Assembly (NCBI GenBank): GCA_027923505.1
Contig: BROI01000021.1
Span: 248,001-312,000 of the forward strand
DNA length: 64,000 bases
Reading direction: 5' to 3'
Source: Mayamaea pseudoterrestris
Lineage: Eukaryota
The notes under the pieces are model-generated. The model had not been told where the DNA came from, did not search any database, and was given only the letters and a program-made list of their open reading frames with translations. Below, in pieces: positions 21,811-32,806 of this stretch; position 1 is the stretch's first letter, and each line of letters starts with the position of its first letter. A program made the position numbers and the translations under genes.

Positions 21811-22310
21811 GCAATGTGATTGGTGACAACTTGTCACCAGTCTCAGCCAGCAGATGCCGTAATGTTCAAATGCCCATACCTAGAGCCATGTAATATGCCC
21901 AAATCAAGCCAGAATGGTGCTAACATCCTTTCAGGTGCGCTACAAGTAAATTTGACTGGCTGGTCCCTCAGTTGTCTGCAATGTGAATGGTGAGAAGTTC
22001 TCACCAGTCTCAGCCAGCAGTTGCCTTGACATTCAAATGCCCGTACATCAAGTCATGCATACTCTCAAAATGCACAAGACTTAGGTCAACATCATTATTC
22101 AGGCTGTGCTATAAGTTGGTATGCCTGACCGGTGTCACAGTAGCTGCAATGTGACTGTTCTCACCAGTCTCAGCTGTTGGCAGCCTTGGCATTCACTGCC
22201 ATCAGCATGCATAATTAGAGCCATATATATAAATGCCCAGTTCACATAAGAATGATGCCAAACCCATTTTAAAGCATGCTTTACAAGATTTAATGCCTGG
22301 CTACCGGTAG
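21811..22310. repeat. Three increasingly degenerate satellite B monomers (right-flank relic)
   Basis: gcaatgtga...tcaccagtctcagc recurs at 21811, 21978 and 22146 (period 167-168 bp), followed by diverged agaatggtgc/caggctg/atgcctgg motifs. Confidence 0.9.
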
Positions 22311-22544
22311 TCCTTATTGTTTCGTTCACGTGGTACGTCGAACTTGTACTTGTATATGGCGTCCGTACGAGTAGTGTATAGACATCAATGATGGTGTGAC
22401 GCACTTTTGGTCGCGCGTCCGTTTCCACTTCTTGTCTGTTTTCACGTCCTGCACGGACGGTATACACGCGATCATCAATCTCTGCTTCGACTGATTCATA
22501 CAATAACATCATTGCATACATATTTTACCAAGCTTTTGAAAGAA

Positions 22545-23167
22545 ATGTCCATATCATGCAGAGTTGGCGTTCGTTTACGATCGGCCATGTCAGGATGCCG
22601 ATGCTTCCGGGCGCAACAACGATGCTTCTCAGAGTGGGGTCAGCGAGGGTATGATATTACCAGCGACTTGTTGTCGTTTGGTGATCGACCCAAAACTGTT
22701 CTGCAGGTGCGTACATGCGTAGACCTATATTGTTGACAACAACGGGTGAAGCTTATACAGACACACATTCGACTGTCTATCGACAGGCCTATGCTCCAAC
22801 AGGATTCGATGTTTTAAACTTGGTCAAAAGAGTTGACCCAAACGAACAAGCCGAGTCTGGGACACTTCACATGCATGGCAGCATCATTGCGTTTCCGTTT
22901 GGCAGCTTTCTTTGGAACATTACTGGGCCAAAAGACGTGACACTCGAATCGTTGGCGCCCATAATGTTGCACCGACCCAAGATAGAATATCTTTTCATCG
23001 GATGTAACGAATCTATAGACCGAAAAGAGATTGATCGGATACAGGCTGCCATGCCTGGACTTGTGGTGGAAAAAATGATGATATCGAACGCCATGGGCAC
23101 GTTTAATATTTTGAATGCCGAAGATCGGCAGGTATGTGCAGCATTAGTTCTGGATCCTAACGACTAG
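22545..23167 (+). CDS. NDUFAF3: NDUFAF3/Mth938-like (DUF498) mitochondrial complex I assembly factor
   Basis: Exon 1 (22545..22706) carries an Arg-rich presequence. Intron 22707..22786 (GTGCGT...ACAG). Exon 2 has GSIIAFP..FLW, IEYLFIGC and EKMMISNAMGTFNILNAEDRQVCAAL. Confidence 0.85.
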
Positions 23168-23282
23168 TCAATTATAAATGTACAAGTTGATGAAAGTGCT
23201 CATAGAGTACTTGATATAGATTCAAAACAGATCGTTCCTATGATGCGCGGTACGTATTCATTTGTAGTAGCATCCCATAGCT

Positions 23283-24131
23283 CTACGGATCAATAGAGTC
23301 AACCTTAACGAGACAAAAGAGTCCGTCCCCTTGCTGCCGAATGATTAGAAACTTGTCGTCCAAAAATGTGACATCAAAGTAACCTGGTCCATTCTCACTT
23401 TGCGACACTCCAGGAATTCTGGGCAAGTCCACTCCCAAGGGCGGAAGAAGACTCGTGACATTCATACCCAGAGCCTGCACTGGCTGCAGCTGCACCGAAC
23501 AAAACTCCAATCCGACGCGATTGGGTTGATTGATGCGTTCGTATGCTCGCGTTTCAACATTGGCTCGAAGCAATGAACTTGGCACAAGACTTGGAGGTAA
23601 GAGAGACTGAATCCGCGGTGCAAAGTCAATGACGTTTGTCACGATTGGCGGTGTAAACACTTGATAAATGGCGCCAGTCGTAGCAAATGGATTCGCTTCC
23701 AACGATAACACATCTAGAGCCGTCGTCCAAACCATGCGCCAGGCTCCAGTCAAGGGAGAAGTTGTAGAAGCAGTGTCGTACGTCGCTGCGCCTGTTATTC
23801 CGCGAGCAGCAAAGGTTTCCTGATTTCTAGCCTCGATTTGCTTGATGAGTTCATCGACTCGCTTTCTAGCTCCTGAGGATGCTCCGAAACCACGATTGTA
23901 AGAAGCACCATATGATATAAGTTTAGTTTGAAGATCTTCAGTTGCAGCAGTCGTCGCAGGCCGATCGTCTACGGCATTGACAGAGGTCGCAGCGTCAAAC
24001 AAGGCGCCTGACGAGTCTGAGCGAACTGAGGCACCGAACAAACGTCGAATGCGGTTGGCTTTGTATTGTGAAAAGCTATCCGCTGGCCAAATCAGACTCA
24101 GCAGCACAAGGACGGAAGATACAGACCTCAT
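23283..24131 (-). CDS. Plastid lipid-associated protein / fibrillin (PAP_fibrillin)
   Basis: Signal peptide ending ADS-F. Motifs NRGFGAS...VDELIKQIE, LTGAWRMVWTTA and GYFDVTFLDDKFLIIRQ are typical of fibrillins. Confidence 0.85.
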   Translation of the reverse strand: MRSVSSVLVLLSLIWPADSFSQYKANRIRRLFGASVRSDSSGALFDAATSVNAVDDRPATTAATEDLQTKLISYGASYNRGFGASSGARKRVDELIKQIEARNQETFAARGITGAATYDTASTTSPLTGAWRMVWTTALDVLSLEANPFATTGAIYQVFTPPIVTNVIDFAPRIQSLLPPSLVPSSLLRANVETRAYERINQPNRVGLEFCSVQLQPVQALGMNVTSLLPPLGVDLPRIPGVSQSENGPGYFDVTFLDDKFLIIRQQGDGLFCLVKVDSIDP

Positions 24132-24272
24132 TCTTCGTCGATCGTCGTTCACGAAGAAAAGTGGAAGAAGAAAACGAAGCCTAAATTAAAGCGGCACCCA
24201 AAACTGACGTCACAAGCGAAACGTGAAACAACGCGCGCCCACAGAAATTCTTCCACGGACAACAACTCGACC

Positions 24273-25640
24273 ATGACGAGCGCAACCTTAACGTCCAGCA
24301 TAATAGCCGCCAACGGAGACCATGTTCCGCCGAATAAGAATCAAAGACTAGTAGTGACGCCTTATGGCGAAGGTCTTGTCGTTCGAACATCGACGAGAAC
24401 ATATAAAGATGCTTCGCAGGTGGTCCTTCACGAGATGGAACTCACCGCATGGAAACGAGCAAACGGATCCCACGCCAAACCGGCGACCTTGTATACTGCA
24501 GTCGAGTATCCGTCGATTCAACCACAAGTAGGTCATGACGTTTTATGCTCCTGCTTTGGTCGAGGACGAGTCGTGGAGATTCGAGACGATGGCATCCTCG
24601 TCGTTCGACTCTCTCACTGGCGACTGGCGCGACGAAACATTGTGACATGCTACGTTCAACCGGACAAGGTACAAGTCGTTCGACACAAGAAGATATACGA
24701 AATGACGGTTGCGGAAAGGATTGAGCATGGACAAGCGCTCAAGCAGGAAGCGTCCAAGCAGTTTGCAGCCAAGGACTATGACGGCGCTCTCAAATCGTAC
24801 GCCAAGGCTGTCGACGCGGTTCGTTATGTGCAGCACAAGCCAGATTCGACCAACGAAATGCGGGCTGACTTGTTGATACTTATGATCACCTGCAGCAACA
24901 ACGCTGCCACGTGCTGCCTGCAGACCCACCAGTACGACCTTGCGGCCAATTATGCAAACAATGCAATCACTTTGATTGACGCACTGGAAGGCAAAAAGGG
25001 AATGAAGATTCATACAATTATGCTTGCTGATGGACTGACCGACATGGTCATGTTTGGCGAATATAAAATCAAGAGCTTGTTGGTACTGGCCAAGGCTGAT
25101 TATGAGAAGAAGAAAACTGTCGAAGCGCTTCAACACTTGAAATTGGCCCACTCTATCGCTCAGCAGTTTACGACTGAAAGTATTCCGAGCAAGTCATTAC
25201 AAGCTTATACAAAGGAGATTAGCAAGCTTCATGCGAAGTGTAAAGAGAAGCGACAGGAAGAAAAGGTCATTGAGAAGAAGCGCGCCAAGGCAATGTTTGC
25301 AACGACTACCGATGACAAAGAAGCGAGCAATGATACTGCCAAGCAATTGTCGACCGAAAACTCGGAGAATCCTCGCTTGGCCGAGATATCTTCTCGCGCG
25401 AGCGCGTCGCCTACCTCGGTTGTGGATGGCGGAATACAAAACGTGCCTGACATCCTCGCTGCACCAGCCAGTCCAAAGCAAAAGATCAAGAAGCGCGTGA
25501 GTTTCTCCAGCAACGTCAAATCGTCAAAGGAAGATGCCGAGGATGCATTCTTTATCGGGTTGGGCGTTGCCGGGTTGGCATTGGTCGTAGGAGCTGCCGT
25601 TGTCGGTGCAAGAGCTCTTTTTGGCAAACAAAGAAGCTAG
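24273..25640 (+). CDS. TPR-domain protein with N-terminal SH3/KOW-like repeats and a C-terminal tail anchor
   Basis: 455-aa ORF with a co-chaperone-type TPR (LKQEASKQFAAKDYDGALKSYAKA...CSNNAATCCL), TPYGEG and CFGRGRV motifs, and a hydrophobic C-terminus followed by basic residues. Confidence 0.75.
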   Translation: MTSATLTSSIIAANGDHVPPNKNQRLVVTPYGEGLVVRTSTRTYKDASQVVLHEMELTAWKRANGSHAKPATLYTAVEYPSIQPQVGHDVLCSCFGRGRVVEIRDDGILVVRLSHWRLARRNIVTCYVQPDKVQVVRHKKIYEMTVAERIEHGQALKQEASKQFAAKDYDGALKSYAKAVDAVRYVQHKPDSTNEMRADLLILMITCSNNAATCCLQTHQYDLAANYANNAITLIDALEGKKGMKIHTIMLADGLTDMVMFGEYKIKSLLVLAKADYEKKKTVEALQHLKLAHSIAQQFTTESIPSKSLQAYTKEISKLHAKCKEKRQEEKVIEKKRAKAMFATTTDDKEASNDTAKQLSTENSENPRLAEISSRASASPTSVVDGGIQNVPDILAAPASPKQKIKKRVSFSSNVKSSKEDAEDAFFIGLGVAGLALVVGAAVVGARALFGKQRS

Positions 25641-25728
25641 TCGAGCATAATAAGATGTGTTGCAGAATACTATAATGATATCGTAAATATGACATTGTAA
25701 CTGTATGATTGACATGACTAAAGCAGGT

Positions 25729-28037
25729 TTACTTCTTATTTGTCGGCGACAGGAAGCTCTCCAAATCGTCAAGTTCTGCATCATCGATATCAAGTAAATC
25801 GTCGTCAACATCATCATCATCATCGTCGCCAAGTAAACCTTCCATATCGGCATCCAGGTCCATATCCGCATCTGCCAAAAGATCATTCACTTCTTGGTCA
25901 TGCTCCCCAGAGACTGCAGGTTTAGACTCCTTCGATAACTCAGCGTCAGTCGTAGACACAGAGAGCGCTACGTCAGATGTTTCCTCGACTGCGACTGGAG
26001 GAAGCTCGACAATAGTAGGTTCGGGCTGCGTTTTGTTCGGCTGAGCAGGTTCGAATACAATCGTTTCGGATTCTGAATGGTCCTGAGGCTCGTCGTCCAA
26101 AGCGGCCATTAAAGAATCCATCAAGAAATCTTGTTTGCGCGTCGTTGGCACCACCGACGCTGGAGGTTTCTCTTCTGGTTCGACAACAGATGGTAGAAAG
26201 TCGAGCTCTCCACCAATACTAAATGTTTCAAGTGCTGCCTTTTGAGCCTTAGTCTTTTCGTCAATGTCGGTAGAAGCGGCAGCTTTCCCCAGCTTTGTCT
26301 TGTTAAATTCGCGGCGTCGACCAACTGTTGCCCCGAAAAACGGATCCTCTTTCGATTTCTCTTCCTCTGTCAGCTTTGCATGCTCCTCCCTTCGAGTCTG
26401 AATAACATCCCAGAATCGCGAGTCGCGATGAAGCATCGAGTCATAGGCGGATGCCTTGATTGTATTTGATGTCTGCGTGGGTGGCTTGCTATGATTGAGT
26501 TGCGACTCCGATTCTGATTCACTATCCGCCTCGTTCTCCGTCAATACTTTGCCAGCCGCATCAGCATCAACAGACTCAAAAATTAAATCCAAAAAGAAGT
26601 CATCAGGGAATCGCTCATCCATGCATGCGCCGTCGAGCTGAGCCTTCGTTAGTCTCATGACCTTCGGCGGGGTGTACCCAGTGTGAATTGCCGCCCGAAA
26701 CATGCTGATGCGCTGCTTGTGTCCAAGGTGGCGGCATCGAACCAGAATATCACCTTGTACAACCAGATCAACGTGAAACGCAATGCTACCATCTGCAACC
26801 TGACAAAAAGGAAGCTCCCTTTCCGACTGCTGAAAATGTAGCGATGCAGGAGCAGTGTGCAAAAGCTTGCCAGCTTTGAATATTTGCAGATACGGTGCGC
26901 ATCCAAGTCGCTGCGTCTCGTCGTCCTTGTCCTTGCCATCCTCGCGAGGTGGTCCCAGCGCAAATCGAGGAGCAGTTGACATGATAATGCGCTTTAGCAT
27001 CAAGGGAGGTTGCGAAGGGCGGATTCCTTCGAGCCTGTCGTAAGAAGGTGAGCAACAATAGTCATAGTCAGTGATTGGCTAATTAACCCCACCAAAAACA
27101 TAATCACTACTCACATGTTCTTGAAGTATGATGCGTACCGTCGCTGCGACGGAATGGTAAGCTCGTCTGGGTTCAGCTGCTTGCACGATGCAATGTACGC
27201 CAGAGCGTCATAAATATCGCTGAACCCAGCTTCTCCCATCCAACATAGGAATGCAGCAAGTACAGTCGATGTTCTCCCTTTTCCTGTTAAGCAATGGACT
27301 ACTGCAACGTTTCTTGCGTCCGCCTTGAGCCATGATTCCATACTCAATAATAGTTTAAGCATGAGTCCAAGTGGAGGGCTTGGCGATCCAGGAAATGAGT
27401 ACGTCAGCACTTGGTCCTGCATTATTGCAACATCATAATCGACTTCCGATAAATTCCAGACCATGTAGCGATTCTCATGCCGTCGTTGAAGCATGTGAGC
27501 TACTGCTGCAAGCTTGCGTTCAGCCGTGATGGATCCATCCGGTGATGCCATGGCCGGATGACTCATGGCAATGAGCCGGTCAGTAACATAGACAACTTGA
27601 GCATCCTTGAGTGCCGGCACATCGAGCGGAAGATTAATGTCGCGCGTATTGTAAGCGGTGCGAGCCGACTGGATTCGCTTTTCCAGCAAGGCTTGCTGCT
27701 GCTTAAGCGTATCTTCCGCTTGCAGCTGCAGAGCGCGAGCCTTTTCCTCTGCTACAATCATGCTCGCCTTGGTTTGCTCCACAACGCTAGTCCATCCAGT
27801 CTTGAATGAAGATAGAAGGTCTTGCTGCTCGGGAGCATCAGATGTACCACAAGTTGTTGGTCTAATTTCGTCCGAAACTTCATCCTGCGCCGATGAGGCT
27901 CGAGCGTTGCGGCCGGCGTTGGTGGCAGCCTTGCTGATAACGTCGCCCGTCTTTCCCAGCGCGTCTCCTGCCTTTTCGAGCGTCTTTTGCAACTCCTCTC
28001 TGGCCTTGTCGAATCCAAATGATGAAAACAGACTCAT
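25729..28037 (-). CDS. PTEN/tensin-type phosphatase with C2 domain
   Basis: YVTDRLIAM, intact CX5R site VVHCLTGKGRT and TIPSQRRY. Intron 27114..27035 (GTGAGT...ACAG) joins to a C2-tensin exon (PYLQIF, VQGDILVRCRH, MFRAAIHTGY). Acidic tail. Confidence 0.9.
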
Positions 28038-28287
28038 GGTGAAAGTTGGAGGTTGTTCGGTGCAGTATCGCGAGAAACATGATCGAGTCGTTGGGCTCGC
28101 GCCGATCTTTACTTGAGGATCGGGTTTTCCTGCAGCGCGGCGGCGCGCGCGCCGTTTCTTTCGTCGCTTCGTCTCGACCTTCATTATTGCCGACCTTTCC
28201 AAACACCTTTCTGTCAGATAAGTCGACGAACAAGCTATAAAGAGGGAAGGCAAGGAGTAAACTGCGTCACTGGTAACTTCCGACAGC

Positions 28288-28986
28288 ATGGCGACCCCGC
28301 CGACGACACCAGAAGACGTCCTCTTGTTCATCCCAAATCTGATCGGCTATGCGCGCATCGCTTGCTGCCTACTAAGCCTCATGTTAATGTTGACCCGACC
28401 ACAGCTATGGATGCTGAGTATAATCATATACCTAGCCGGCTTTATCGGTGACCTCATTGATGGATGGGCTGCGCGAAAATGCAACCAAATGAGCAATTTC
28501 GGGGGCGTATTGGACATGGTGACGGACCGATGTAGCACCTTGGGTCTGCTGTACGTCTTGGGCGGAGAGTTAGCCTACAGAGACGCTGCAGGATGGAAGA
28601 TTTTATTCTTGTGTCTGCAAATTCTTGATATATCTAGCCACTGGACGCAAATGCATAGCTCGCTGGCTTTGGGAGCGCACCATAAGAGTGCCGAAGGCAA
28701 CGCTGGAAAGAATTTTTTGGTGCGATGGTTTTACTCGTACTACTACTTTTTTGGATACCTTTGTGTCGGAGCCGAGTTTACTTATGTACTGCTATATGTC
28801 AAGAGTAGACTTTTGGCGGCGAAAGATGCGTCATTCTTGTTATCGCTGGCGAACTGGTCTCTCCTGGTCACAACGCCAGGGTGTGTCGCAAAACAATTTG
28901 TCAACCTGATGCAACTTTGCAGCAGCTGCTATGCTATCGCCAGACATGACGCTGAACTACGGAACCTGGTCAGAAAGCAATCATAA
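28288..28986 (+). CDS. PIS1: Phosphatidylinositol synthase (CDP-alcohol phosphatidyltransferase)
   Basis: VLLFIPNLIGYARI, signature DLIDGWAARKCNQMSNFGGVLDMVTDR, and LDISSHW...HHK. Confidence 0.92.
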   Translation: MATPPTTPEDVLLFIPNLIGYARIACCLLSLMLMLTRPQLWMLSIIIYLAGFIGDLIDGWAARKCNQMSNFGGVLDMVTDRCSTLGLLYVLGGELAYRDAAGWKILFLCLQILDISSHWTQMHSSLALGAHHKSAEGNAGKNFLVRWFYSYYYFFGYLCVGAEFTYVLLYVKSRLLAAKDASFLLSLANWSLLVTTPGCVAKQFVNLMQLCSSCYAIARHDAELRNLVRKQS

Positions 28987-28999
28987 ATTCATTATATTA

Positions 29000-30855
29000 T
29001 CATTTAGTCTTCCATACATTCTTGAGTAAGTTCATGGCTCCATTATTACGTCGCGTCTCAAAAAAGTCAGCCAGCGACTCTTCAAAGTCCCTGGCATCCA
29101 CGTGTGCTGTGATTTCTCCAGCCTCTCCTTCGCGCAAGGCAGCACTCACTCGTCGAACGGCACGAATGGCAGCCTCGTTGACGAGGTATTCCAGCTCAGC
29201 ACCGCTAAAACCTTCCGTCAACGCGGCAATGGCGCTGAGATCGACAACGCGACCTTTACCCAATGCACCGAGTCGATTGGGATCAACTCCTTGGCCTTCC
29301 TGAAAGCCGGGAAGCTTTTTACAATGGACTCGCAGTATCTGCTCGCGGCCTCGTACATCTGGCAGCTTCAGTTTAACAATTCGATCGAAGCGTCCAGGTC
29401 GAACCAATGCCTTGTCAAGTACCTGTCTCCGATTAGTTGCCGCCAGCACGCATATCCTCTTTGAGCTATCCAGGCCGTCCATGCATGTCAAGAGCTGGTT
29501 CAACGTTTGCTCCGCCTCATCATTGCCTCGACCAAAAGTTCCTGGCAGATCAGAGTCGCGACTTTTTCCAAGAGCATCTAATTCGTCTATAAACACAATG
29601 CACCCAGATATGCGGGAAAGTCGAGAAGCTTTTTCAAATAGCTTACGAACCCTGGCTGCACCTCGACCGACATACCTGATAAATACAACAGTTGGCAATT
29701 GTCAGACTCAACACATGAGTCGGTCGCATTGTCGGATCAAATCAATACACTTACATTTCCACAAAGTCACTTCCAGAACAGTACAATAGAGGAACACCCG
29801 CCGAGGCTGCTGTGGCCCGAGCAAGCAGAGTCTTTCCTGTTCCTGGTGGACCCTCCAAAAGCAAACCAGTGGGTGCTCGAGCTCCGAGAATGGCATACTT
29901 TTCAGGATTTCGCAGCGTATCTACAAGTTCCATTACCTCCAACTTTACTGAATCCATGCCTTGAATATCATCAAACGATGCCGATGGCAAATCGCTCGTT
30001 CGAGCCAGCTTTCCAGGCGAATCGCCTCCTTTGGCGCCGCCCCCAACAGATTTGTAAAGGCGAAACAGGATGAGCATGTAGAATGTAATGGCCAAACTCC
30101 TGGCTGCCAGCACGACGGGTGAGGTTTTCGGTGCAGGCGCAGCAGCAAACGAAATGTCGTGCTTGCGCAGAAAGCTGACAAGTTCTGGGGAGGCCGAGAC
30201 TGTTTATAAAAGGAGCATTAGGGGTGATCAATTGCTGGGCATGACACACAATAGACCAATCTCTCTTACCTTGTCTTGTAAAGGCAGATAAATATGACGA
30301 CGTATCTTGTTCTTTCTGTTTCTTGGCTGGAAATGACATTCCTCGTTGACTCGAATCGGCTGGTCGGTTCAAACGGTATGTCATTCGATCACTGCCGATT
30401 CGAAGTCCTTCAATCTTGGGCGCCTCCGAAGATTTGTGTTGCTGTTCCGCAAGATCCATAAAGCCACTGTACGCAATTTCAATTGGTCTGTGAATCGGCT
30501 GCGAATGTAGTTGACTGACAATCGGAGCAGATGCAAAGGCCAAGAGCAAGATTGGAATCAGCAAGAATCGTTGCGCTCGTTTCGACAGGGAGAGAAATCG
30601 AGTTCGAAGTCGAAGAGGAAGCGCCGAAATCCGTTTGAGAAGAACCTTGAGCTTATTTTGAGGTCTTTGTTCGTCACCCATATCGTTGTTAAGAGCCATC
30701 CAAAGCACATTGTTCCGTCGAATCGGCGTCAATGAAGGCGAAAGAACTTCTGAGCATGCAGTGGAGGTGCAGCGCATTGGACGCGCCAAGCGGGCATTCT
30801 GAAAACTGTCTACACTTAGCACCAAACAGAGTAATAATGTTCTATGGAGTTGCAT
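29000..30855 (-). CDS. Plastid-targeted FtsH-family AAA ATPase lacking the M41 peptidase domain
   Basis: Three exons with introns 30269..30200 and 29754..29676. Signal peptide (VDS-F), two TM segments, Walker [27 protein letters not shown], Walker B IVFIDELD and [16 protein letters not shown]. The protein stops right after the AAA lid. Confidence 0.88.
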
Positions 30856-31179
30856 CGTGTCGTCGTTCAATATGCGACACTATTGGAACCGTCGCCGAGG
30901 CCATGGCCGTGGAATATAGAACATCTCGGAGGTGGCGCGCCGCGAGCGGCGGCGACGAATGGCGAACGGAATGTCACAGAACTACCGTTACGACATCACC
31001 GATGCTACCGGGAGCATCGATCGGCCATCTTTTCCTTCGCATAAGTACCGGTACCCGTATGCTCTACTAGCGCGGAATGCTATACATAAATTAACCAAGA
31101 AAGGTATGTTAAATGTAAAATGTTTATCTTAAAGAGAAATATAGGCTACTGCTTGTTCGCTGCCGCGATGCTTTTTCAA

Positions 31180-32052
31180 TTACTGCTCATCATCATTAGT
31201 GACAGTCTCAACGACAACCTCTTCAGCTTCCTTCTTGTCCTTGTCGGTATCAGATCCTTCGGTGGGCCCATTTTCAATCTGTCCCGCCGACGTGGGAATC
31301 TCAATTTGCTTCGCCGGCAAAGCCGCCTTGGGAGGAGCCGCAACCGTCAACACACCATCTGCCAAGAATGCTTGAATCTTGCTCGTGTCGATCTGATTCT
31401 CCTTGATGTGGTAATGGCGGTTGACTTTCGATACGACCTGGCGCTTGCCATGGTGGTTCACCTTTGTGCGCTCTCCATTAATGCTAAGCTTTCCCTTGTG
31501 GAATTCAATCTTCAAGTCTGAACTCTTGATTCCAGGAACATCCACCGTCAACACCAAGCCGTCCTCATTGATATCGGTTGGCTCGGACGAGGTGACCGAA
31601 ATGACCTGAGGCGCCGGCTCTTCCTTCTTTGGGGCGCTGATCGTAAGAACTCCATCCGTCAAGCGCGCGCTTAGTTTGTCAGAATCAATCAAGCTCTCGT
31701 CGAGCGCAAAGTGTTGCGAAAACTTGGCAATGGTAGTCTCTCCCGCCTTTCGTTCAGCCGTCACATGAAGAACAGAGTCCTTTACCTGAAGCTTGACATC
31801 TTGAATCTTGACTCCTGGAACGTCAAAGGAGATGGTGTACTTATCCTTGGTATCTTCGATGTAAACATTCGATCCGCGGTACGAACCGAGAAGGCCGTTC
31901 TCATCGTCATTTCGGGAAGCCGTCAATCCCTTTGAAGTTTCGTTGTTCGGAATGTCGGCATTTGGGTTGAAGACGCAAACCAAAGGGTTGTTAAGTCCCA
32001 ACAGGGAAGGAACTATGCGTGAAGAGTGGGATGCAGGGTAATGGTAGAACAT
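31180..32052 (-). CDS. HSP20: Small heat-shock protein with two tandem alpha-crystallin domains
   Basis: Two copies of the ACD signature: DVPGVK...ARLTDGVLTISAPK and DVPGIK...AFLADGVLTVAAPP. Confidence 0.92.
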   Translation of the reverse strand: MFYHYPASHSSRIVPSLLGLNNPLVCVFNPNADIPNNETSKGLTASRNDDENGLLGSYRGSNVYIEDTKDKYTISFDVPGVKIQDVKLQVKDSVLHVTAERKAGETTIAKFSQHFALDESLIDSDKLSARLTDGVLTISAPKKEEPAPQVISVTSSEPTDINEDGLVLTVDVPGIKSSDLKIEFHKGKLSINGERTKVNHHGKRQVVSKVNRHYHIKENQIDTSKIQAFLADGVLTVAAPPKAALPAKQIEIPTSAGQIENGPTEGSDTDKDKKEAEEVVVETVTNDDEQ

Positions 32053-32806
32053 GATAGTATTCGTTTCGTGCGGTTTGATGCAAGCTCGGATTTGTGAGAT
32101 GAAAGTGAGAAGCGAATGGATTCAAGCATCACGTCTGAAACTTCCCCGTGGATTGAATAGACTCTTCCACGTGTATCATTGTCCGTTTTCCACGTGGAGC
32201 CAACGATGTCAGCTGAAGCAATGTATGGACTGTGGAACAACGAGTATACAGTAGTCCAGCTGAAAGTGCGACCCATGCATTCATTATCTAGCTAACGAGT
32301 CGCAGCCAAGCAACGTCGCACCTAAGGCAAACATGACATAGCTAACTTGCACATGGTAGGTCTTTCGGCGAACACGAGTTATCGTAGATCGAAGAGTCAC
32401 TCTGACGTGCCAGCTGGTTTCATCCACCAATCGATCGAAGACTGGAGATTGAAGATGCGAGATTACCGATGCTGATCAGATGTATTTGGAGAACCTTGAG
32501 CCATCTGCGGAAATTCCGCGTGACCGAATGGCCAGCTGACACATATGGCTTCCATTGTAGGGTGCGATTAAACCCTTGGCGTGGAGTCGAGGTATTTTTC
32601 CACTTATGCCTTGCCACTCCGTTGCGCCAGAGCGGCCAGCAAGTCACGTCACTCGTCGTCAGTCGACAGACCTTCTTAGATTTCGCCTCCACCCGTGGAG
32701 TTGGGCATCGAATATCACAAAAACGAACAGCGAGCAGGTGGTCCTTTCATGTCCTTCATCCACAACTTTCACCATTATCTTCCTTCAACGCCAAACTTCC
32801 TCAACC

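Noticed and set aside
2000..22310. Transposon (LTR, MITE or Helitron) or telomeric repeat
   Set aside because: No transposase or RT ORF, no terminal inverted repeats or target-site duplication, no TTAGGG-like tracts, and ordinary genes lie on both sides.
27111..28331. Extended PTEN-like ORF start at 28331 overlapping PIS1
   Set aside because: The upstream part looks like non-coding promoter DNA. The accATG at 28037 is the more plausible start and removes the overlap.
32053..32806. Canonical heat-shock element array between the sHSP genes
   Set aside because: Only one two-unit GAAnnTTC was found and no three-unit HSE, which is too weak to annotate.
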